NCBI GenBank assembly: GCA_017935575.1
Contig: JAGBHI010000091.1
Span: 9,094 to 73,093, forward strand
From: Bacteroidales bacterium
GTDB taxonomy: Bacteria; Bacteroidota; Bacteroidia; Bacteroidales; G3-4614
Direction of reading: 5' to 3'
DNA length: 64,000 nucleotides
Shown: one piece after another, positions 57,767 through 64,000 of the stretch
Numbering within the stretch: position 1 is the first letter of the stretch
How the letters are laid out: each line of letters starts with the position of its first letter
Notes under the pieces: generated by a model
What the model saw: the letters and a program-made list of their open reading frames with translations, nothing else
Told to the model about the DNA's origin: nothing
The model's database searches: none
Translations under genes and position numbers: made by a program

Positions 57767-59659
57767 ATGAAATTATCAAAAAAACTATTTGCTTTAATCA
57801 TAGCAATCATATTCATAAGTATTGCAAATATATCAGTAATTACAGCTCAAGATTATAAGAAAACTGTAATTAACGGAACTGAATGTTATATATACTATGT
57901 TATTCAAGGTGAAGGATTTTACAGCATCGGAAAAAAATTTGGCGTAACACGCGATGAAGTTGTAAAATTTAACCCTTCTGCCAATAAAGGATTAAACAGA
58001 GGTCAAAAATTATTTATTCCTATTAAAGGACAAAATGCTTCAGGCACCAATAAAACTGAGAACAACAAAACAAATCAGCCATTAATTCATGTTGTAAAAA
58101 AAGGAGAAAGCCTATTCTCTATCTCAAAATTATATAACACTACCGTAAACGATATCAAAGAGTTAAATTCGTTAAATACCAACTCAATAGGAATAGGACA
58201 ATCTCTAATTGTAGGTTCTAAAGAGGTAGCAAAAGAAGAGGCAGCAAACAACATTATTGTTGCTGACAATAATGCGACTGAACCTAAAGAAGATACTATT
58301 ATTGACAATAATAAAGTTATAATAGACGGCGTAACATATAACACCGAGAAATATATTGTAAAAAGGAAAGAGACTCTATATAGTATTTCTCAAAAATTCA
58401 ATACTACTGTTGATGCTATCCTTGCATGTAACCCCGGTATAAAAAGCCTATCAAAAGACGATATATTAAGAATTCCCATGACTAAGGAAGTTTTAGATAT
58501 TGTTGATGAGTACAGCGCAGAGAACAAACAGGTTATACTAAACGATAATAATGGTTCTTCGGTAGAACTTACGACAAACACAAAAAGTAACATTAACATT
58601 GCTGTAATATTACCTTTTAAAATTAAAAGTCCAAATAATCAGTCAATAATATACTCTGATTACTACAAAGGCATATTACTATCATTGGATAGTCTTAAAA
58701 ACGAAGGTTTAAACGCAAATGTATATACATTTGATACAAATGGAGAGATTGAGACTCTTAAAAATATCTTAGAACGCCCCGAGATGAAGAATATAGATAT
58801 AATCTTTGGCTCGGACAAAAACGAAGAGATATCTATATTAGGCAATTTTGCAAAACAAAACAAAACTTATTTGGTAAACTCTTTTTCGGTAAAAAACAGA
58901 GAATTTGAGAATAATAAATATATAATCCAAGGGCACATACCAAGTTCATTATTCTTCTCGGCAGCAAGCAATAACCTTATAAATTTAACAATTGACAAAG
59001 AGGTTGTATTTTTAATTGACAATAACGAGCCAAATGACAAACAAGAGTTTGTTGATGCTGTTGCAACAGGAATTAAATTAAGCGGAAGAGAATATAAAAA
59101 GTTCTCATTTAATGAAGTTGCTGATTTTGAAATTCTATTAGAAGCTCTTACTGAAGATAAAGACATTATCTTCATTGCCTCATCATCAAGCCGTAGCGGA
59201 GTTGCAAAATCGGCTGCCATTGCTTCGCGTATTAAAGAGAGCAAGCCAAACATCGCTGTATCTCTATTCGGTTATCCCGAATGGCAAACATATATTAAAG
59301 ATTATCTGGATACATTCCACTCACTAAACACAACTATTTTTACAAGATTTTATATCGAACCCGTAAAAACAAATTGGAAAAACTTTAATAGAGATTTTAA
59401 TTACTGGTTTGGAGACGAAAAGAGTTCAATGATACCCGCCCCTCATATTTTAGGCTTTGATACCGGAATATATTTAATTGGTGGAATGCTTCGCCATGGC
59501 TCAAATTTTGAACAATATTTAGAGACCATATCTTCTCAAAGTTTACAAACAGATTTTTCATTCGAGAGATTTTCAGATGTAAGCGGATTTGTAAACAAAA
59601 ACCTATATTTTGTAACATTCACCCCTGAATATAAGGTGGCTAAAGAAAAAATTAAGTAA
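57767..59659 (+). CDS. Triple-LysM protein fused to a type-1 periplasmic-binding-protein-like domain
   Basis: Signal peptide and three LysM repeats (YYVIQGEGFYSIGKKFGV...; HVVKKGESLFSISKLYN...; YIVKRKETLYSISQKFN...), followed by an alpha/beta region of about 370 aa (NIAVILPF...YYKGILLSLD) resembling PBP1 ligand-binding domains. Confidence 0.8.
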   Translation: MKLSKKLFALIIAIIFISIANISVITAQDYKKTVINGTECYIYYVIQGEGFYSIGKKFGVTRDEVVKFNPSANKGLNRGQKLFIPIKGQNASGTNKTENNKTNQPLIHVVKKGESLFSISKLYNTTVNDIKELNSLNTNSIGIGQSLIVGSKEVAKEEAANNIIVADNNATEPKEDTIIDNNKVIIDGVTYNTEKYIVKRKETLYSISQKFNTTVDAILACNPGIKSLSKDDILRIPMTKEVLDIVDEYSAENKQVILNDNNGSSVELTTNTKSNINIAVILPFKIKSPNNQSIIYSDYYKGILLSLDSLKNEGLNANVYTFDTNGEIETLKNILERPEMKNIDIIFGSDKNEEISILGNFAKQNKTYLVNSFSVKNREFENNKYIIQGHIPSSLFFSAASNNLINLTIDKEVVFLIDNNEPNDKQEFVDAVATGIKLSGREYKKFSFNEVADFEILLEALTEDKDIIFIASSSSRSGVAKSAAIASRIKESKPNIAVSLFGYPEWQTYIKDYLDTFHSLNTTIFTRFYIEPVKTNWKNFNRDFNYWFGDEKSSMIPAPHILGFDTGIYLIGGMLRHGSNFEQYLETISSQSLQTDFSFERFSDVSGFVNKNLYFVTFTPEYKVAKEKIK

Positions 59660-60351
59660 TGAAGCGCATATTAACCATAATAATTACACTTTTTATATGC
59701 TATAGCTATGCTAATAGCCAAAAAAAAATAGATAGAGAACTTTGGTTTGGAGCTAAAGGGGGCATAACTTTCTCAAATCTATCTACAGCCCCAAATATAA
59801 ACCAATCTATGGAGATGGGTGTATTGGGCGGAGCAACCATGCGTTACATTGAAGAGCGTTTTTTTGGAGTCATACTTGAACTAAATTATGCTCAAAAAGG
59901 CTGGAAAGAGGATTTTGAAGATAGCGATCCTCAATATAAATATTCAAGAACATTAAATTATATTGAACTTCCTTTTTTAGCACACGTATATTTTGGTAAA
60001 AAAAGTTTCAGATTTTTTGTAAACCTCGGTCCTCAAATAGGAGTATGTATAGGAGAAAAAACAAAATCTAATTTTGATATTGAGAAACTACCTCTATTCA
60101 GCATACCGAGAGAAACAACTCATTTAAACAAGAGCATTGACAAACCTTTTGATTATGGTTTAACAGGAGGATTAGGTTGCGAGATAAGGATTAAAAACAG
60201 GCACTCAATACAGATTGAAGGAAGATACTATTTTGGCTTAGCTGATATATTCAATAATAAGAGTGATGATTATTTCTCAGTATCATCTAACCAATCAATA
60301 CTCGTTGCCCTAACGTACCAATACAATATAAAAAACAAGAAAAAGAGATAA
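59659..60351 (+). CDS. Outer-membrane beta-barrel protein (OMP_b-brl_2 / PorT-like family)
   Basis: Signal peptide, alternating beta-strand pattern, about 230 aa, and a C-terminal aromatic-rich strand. Its start overlaps the upstream stop by 1 nt. Confidence 0.7.
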   Translation: MKRILTIIITLFICYSYANSQKKIDRELWFGAKGGITFSNLSTAPNINQSMEMGVLGGATMRYIEERFFGVILELNYAQKGWKEDFEDSDPQYKYSRTLNYIELPFLAHVYFGKKSFRFFVNLGPQIGVCIGEKTKSNFDIEKLPLFSIPRETTHLNKSIDKPFDYGLTGGLGCEIRIKNRHSIQIEGRYYFGLADIFNNKSDDYFSVSSNQSILVALTYQYNIKNKKKR

Positions 60352-60357
60352 GATAGT

Positions 60358-60996
60358 TTATTCGTACGATATAAAAACAAGATAATCGCCACAAGCCTTT
60401 ATCTCAAACGTATCTCCCTCACAACAATTAAGTGTTCCCTGCCACAATGATGTAAAATCATAAATAGGATATTTCAACCCTATTGACTCAAAATGAGTAG
60501 CATTAAAATTGAAGATTGATACACGCTCTCCCCTATAAGACAAAAAAGAGTTATCGCCATTACAAGGAATAAATACACCATAATCAGTGAAACATTTAAC
60601 TTCAACCCCCATACGCATATAATCAATCAGCAATGCTATATTGCCCATTGTATGGTCTTCGCGTTTACCTGTTGCTCCAACAATTGCAATACTCTTACAA
60701 CCTCGCTTAACAAGATAATTTACAGCTTTAGTTTGATCGTTTGTCTCTTGATCTGAATCAACACTTATTATATCTGCAAATTTTATTCTGTTTTCGGTAC
60801 TTAAAGAATCGCCATCTCCAATTATAACATTTGGGATAAAACCCTTTGCTATATAGGTATCAGCTCCACCATCACAACATACAACATACTCTGCATCGTG
60901 TAATATTGATAATGGATATTGGTGCGACGGGAACTCGCCGTTGGCCAATATTACTGCATCAAATTTTTCGGGTTTTATTATATTAATTGTTTTCAC
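60358..60996 (-). CDS. thiN: Thiamine diphosphokinase
   Basis: ILANGEFP...VCCDGGA...IIGDGDS...DQ..TD..K and a C-terminal thiamine-binding beta domain; 212 aa. Confidence 0.88.
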   Translation of the reverse strand: MKTINIIKPEKFDAVILANGEFPSHQYPLSILHDAEYVVCCDGGADTYIAKGFIPNVIIGDGDSLSTENRIKFADIISVDSDQETNDQTKAVNYLVKRGCKSIAIVGATGKREDHTMGNIALLIDYMRMGVEVKCFTDYGVFIPCNGDNSFLSYRGERVSIFNFNATHFESIGLKYPIYDFTSLWQGTLNCCEGDTFEIKACGDYLVFISYE

Positions 60997-61576
60997 AGAA
61001 CATCATTTTGTGCCATTTATAATAGCCGAATATTGCTATAATGGCATATAAGAGATATAGTCCGGCAGTAAAATACAACTCCTTATAGATATATAATCCT
61101 GCACTTACAATATCCACAACTATCCATACCAACCACTGCTCAACATATTTACGAGCAAGCATCCACATTGCAACAATGCTTAATGCAGTAGTAAAAGAGT
61201 CAATCCATGGCACCGTGCTATTTGTATATTCTATTAAAAGCCAACTAATAAATAGCTGTAAAATCAAATAGACAATTACAACTCCAAACCAATTTATTTT
61301 AGGCATACGAGTTATTGGCAACTCCTTTATTACAGTCTCTTTCTTACCTATAAGTTTAAAGCCATATTGCCACGACAGCCAACCATACAACGCTATAACC
61401 AGATAGTAAATATTTATACCAAAATCGGCATACAAACCTGCGTCGTAAAATATGAACAAATATATTGCAGGCATTATTATACTTACAATCCATAAATATA
61501 TACTTGCCTTATACTCAAGCCAAAGATATATAAGACCTGTAACAACGCCTGCTATTTCTAAGAATTGTTCAAACAT
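60983..61576 (-). CDS. pnuC: PnuC-family vitamin transporter (probably the thiamine-type PnuT, given the TPK partner)
   Basis: 7-TM, about 197 aa, with W-rich PnuC motifs (LWLEYKASIYLW, GWLSW). It overlaps the TPK start by 14 nt. Confidence 0.85.
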   Translation of the reverse strand: MFEQFLEIAGVVTGLIYLWLEYKASIYLWIVSIIMPAIYLFIFYDAGLYADFGINIYYLVIALYGWLSWQYGFKLIGKKETVIKELPITRMPKINWFGVVIVYLILQLFISWLLIEYTNSTVPWIDSFTTALSIVAMWMLARKYVEQWLVWIVVDIVSAGLYIYKELYFTAGLYLLYAIIAIFGYYKWHKMMFCENN

Positions 61577-61596
61577 TCAAATATAGGAATATCTTA

Positions 61597-62973
61597 TCAG
61601 CTTTTAATATTTGGTTCTTCCAAACCATAGCCATTCTTCTTATCAATTCTTTTCAATATAACGGCAAATAACATAGCTACCACACCAAGAACAGCAAACA
61701 CTACCATTGGCAATGTATAGTTATATCTTACGCTCTCTTCTGTAACCGATGTTATACAATATTTATCAAGTACCCAACCTATTAAAAGAGGAAATCCCAT
61801 CAATCCCCAATTTTGTACCCAAAATATAAGTGCATATGCTGTTCCCAATTGTTTATCATCAATAATTTTGGGAACTGAGGGCCACATTGCCGATGGTACA
61901 AGAGAGAATGCTGCACCCAAAATAAACATAAGTATTGTTGCAAACCACCAATAGTTAAGAACGGGCAATGCAAAGAATAGATGAACAAGAACAAGTAACA
62001 ATGAGCCAAAAATCATAATTGAAGCTCCGTAACCTTTACGATCGTACATCATTCCAAAAAAAGGAGTAAGCACCATTGTTCCAAATGGTAATATAGAGGG
62101 TATAATACCTGCAAGAGATGGCTCTACATTGTATTTGTTAATCATCAAATCGGTAGCATACTTCAAGAATGGGAAAACAGCCGAATAGAAGAATACGCAA
62201 ATAATAGCAATAAGCCAGAATCCTCTGTTCTTTACAACCTTTGAAACGTCTGATACCTTAAATTGCTCTTCATCATCTGCTCCATTATCAGAGCCTGCTT
62301 GAGCATCGAGTTTCTTATCATAAAAGGTATAACCTACAAAACCTATAAAACCTATACATAAGAACAAAAGGCACATTAATATTGGCATTGATTGATTATA
62401 ATCAACCAATCTGCCATTCTCCATAACTCCAAAATACTCTGCAATGGGCATAGCAAACATAAGTGCTATTATAGTGCCTATACGAGCAATAGCCACCTGC
62501 AAACCCAAAGCTAAAGCAATCTCTTTACCTTTAAACCACTTTACAATAATTTTGGTAACAGTAATATTCATTATCTCGCAACCAACACCAAAAACAGCGA
62601 AGCCTAATGATGCCAATACTACCTGCATTTTAATACCAAAAATTGCGCCTTCGGTAGGTAATATTCCCTCTATTGCAAGATATTTTATTGCAGTACCTAT
62701 AATCATTAACAATGCTGATGTCAATCCTGTAAAACGAATACCAAATTTATCAAGAATTAACCCACCAAAAATTATCATCAACAAGAATACATTCAAATAG
62801 CCATACGCTCCCGAAAATATTCCATAATCTGAACTATTCCAACCCAATTCACTCTCTAAAACGCCCTTTAACGGAGCCATAACATCAGTAAGAATATAAC
62901 CACACATCATTGTAAACGATACAAGTATCATTACAGTCCATCTCACAGATGCTGAGTCGCTTATTTTATGCAT
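61597..62973 (-). CDS. MFS transporter
   Basis: 12-TM profile with a central hydrophilic loop; 458 aa. Confidence 0.8.
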   Translation of the reverse strand: MHKISDSASVRWTVMILVSFTMMCGYILTDVMAPLKGVLESELGWNSSDYGIFSGAYGYLNVFLLMIIFGGLILDKFGIRFTGLTSALLMIIGTAIKYLAIEGILPTEGAIFGIKMQVVLASLGFAVFGVGCEIMNITVTKIIVKWFKGKEIALALGLQVAIARIGTIIALMFAMPIAEYFGVMENGRLVDYNQSMPILMCLLFLCIGFIGFVGYTFYDKKLDAQAGSDNGADDEEQFKVSDVSKVVKNRGFWLIAIICVFFYSAVFPFLKYATDLMINKYNVEPSLAGIIPSILPFGTMVLTPFFGMMYDRKGYGASIMIFGSLLLVLVHLFFALPVLNYWWFATILMFILGAAFSLVPSAMWPSVPKIIDDKQLGTAYALIFWVQNWGLMGFPLLIGWVLDKYCITSVTEESVRYNYTLPMVVFAVLGVVAMLFAVILKRIDKKNGYGLEEPNIKS

Positions 62974-63001
62974 ATTAAATAAATTTTATTAAAGTTATTA
63001 T

Positions 63002-64000
63002 TTATCTTTTCTCAAACAACATTACATTCTCAACATGATGAGTATGAGGGAACATATCTACAGGTTGAACCTTAACTATTTTATATGCCTCATTCAACAT
63101 TGCAGCATCTCTTGCCTGCGTAGCAGGATTACAACTAACATAAACAATTTTTTCAGGTGCTGCAGCAAGAATAACGTTTATGACATCTTCGTGCATTCCG
63201 GCACGTGGAGGGTCAGTAATTATCACATCGGGACGACCATTCTTTTCAACAAAATCATTTGTTAGAATATCTTTCATATCCCCTGCAATAAAATATGTGT
63301 TAGATATTGAATTTATCTCAGAATTTACCTTTGCATCTTCAATAGCCTCAGGAACATACTCAATTCCTATAACCTTTGAGGCTCTTTTTGCCACAAAGTT
63401 TGCAATAGTTCCCGTTCCTGTATATAAATCATACACAAATTCATTACCTGTAAGCCCTGCAAAATCCCTAACAACACTATAAAGACGATAAGCCTGCTCT
63501 GAGTTTGTTTGATAAAATGATTTAGGACCAACCTTAAACTTCAAATCCTCCATCTGCTCAATGATGTGGTCTTTTCCGCTCCATACATGTATAGGTAGGT
63601 CGTTTATGGTATCGTTACACTTTTGATTTATAACATACAATAACGAAGTAATTTGTGGAAACTCGGCTGATATATGTTGCATCATTGACGATATCTTATC
63701 TCTATCGTCAGTTGCAAAAATAACAATAAGCATTATTTCGCCTGTTGATGCAGTTCTGATTATTATACCGCGCATATCACCCACTTGTGCTCTCAGATCG
63801 TAGAATGAGTAGGCGTTATCAATAGCAAATTTCCTTATTGATAGGCGTATGGCATTTGAAATATCATTTTGAAGATGACACTCCTTTATATCGAGCACTT
63901 TATCAAACATTCCGGGTATATGAAATCCGAGAGCATCGCGCGAAGTAAACTCCTGTTGTGAATCAAGTTCCTCTTTAGTAAGCCACGAGCGATTTGAGAA
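63002..64000 (-). CDS. rlmD: 23S rRNA (uracil-C5)-methyltransferase RlmD/RumA, C-terminal part; the gene continues past the window end
   Basis: SAM motifs DLYTGTGTIA, DPPRAGMH and YVSCNPATQARD. The frame stays open from 63911 to 64000 (..FSNRSWLTKEELDSQQEFTSRDALGFHIPG-MFDKV..), so the Met at 63910 is internal. Confidence 0.9.
   Translation of the reverse strand, partial: FSNRSWLTKEELDSQQEFTSRDALGFHIPGMFDKVLDIKECHLQNDISNAIRLSIRKFAIDNAYSFYDLRAQVGDMRGIIIRTASTGEIMLIVIFATDDRDKISSMMQHISAEFPQITSLLYVINQKCNDTINDLPIHVWSGKDHIIEQMEDLKFKVGPKSFYQTNSEQAYRLYSVVRDFAGLTGNEFVYDLYTGTGTIANFVAKRASKVIGIEYVPEAIEDAKVNSEINSISNTYFIAGDMKDILTNDFVEKNGRPDVIITDPPRAGMHEDVINVILAAAPEKIVYVSCNPATQARDAAMLNEAYKIVKVQPVDMFPHTHHVENVMLFEKR

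Noticed and set aside
60983-63001. Expected a TPP riboswitch upstream of the pnuC/TPK pair.
   Set aside because: The available spacers are only 20 and 28 nt, and no TPP-aptamer core sequence was seen. Its absence is reported as a finding rather than annotating a riboswitch.
1-64000. Looked for mobile elements, prophage, integrases, toxin-antitoxin pairs, restriction-modification or other defence systems, and rRNA.
   Set aside because: No transposase, integrase, recombinase, phage structural, Cas, methyltransferase-specificity or toxin-like ORFs were recognised. No flanking direct repeats were seen at the tRNA genes. The window reads as conserved core chromosome.

Overview
AT-rich (about one-third G+C by eye) chromosomal segment with the gene content and synteny of a Bacteroidota, most likely Bacteroidales, core genome. 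Supporting signs: the full Bat/MoxR aerotolerance operon, a Rho with a long N-terminal insertion, ftsK-lolA, the nusB-yajC-ybbR-coaE-DUF5606 string, a T9SS type-B sorting domain protein, and many TAnnTTTG -7 promoter boxes. I call about 58 protein genes, almost all housekeeping and tightly packed with frequent 1-14 nt overlaps. I also call two tRNAs, Pro-UGG (minus strand) and Cys-GCA (plus strand), plus several hairpin terminators. I see no rRNA, CRISPR array, transposase, integrase, prophage or recognisable defence/toxin module. I do not see a convincing new multi-gene system. Four leads seem most worth a second look. (1) A 510-bp ORF-free spacer after recJ (47891-48400) that is GC-richer than its surroundings and rich in hairpins, with a recurring 10-mer. 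(2) A 760-bp extremely AT-rich ORF-free spacer (89-850) packed with TTACA-N2-TGTAA dyads, next to a truncated HTH gene. (3) An overlapping gene pair encoding a plain HU protein and a membrane-spanning HU plus LysM-like fusion (17035-18394). (4) The complete but mechanistically unexplained MoxR-DUF58-VWA-TPR Bat operon (8721-16917), which includes an extra BatD-like membrane ORF and a poly-Gln BatC. Protein calls come from reading motifs in the supplied translations, and RNA and site calls from hand folding. No database search was run.
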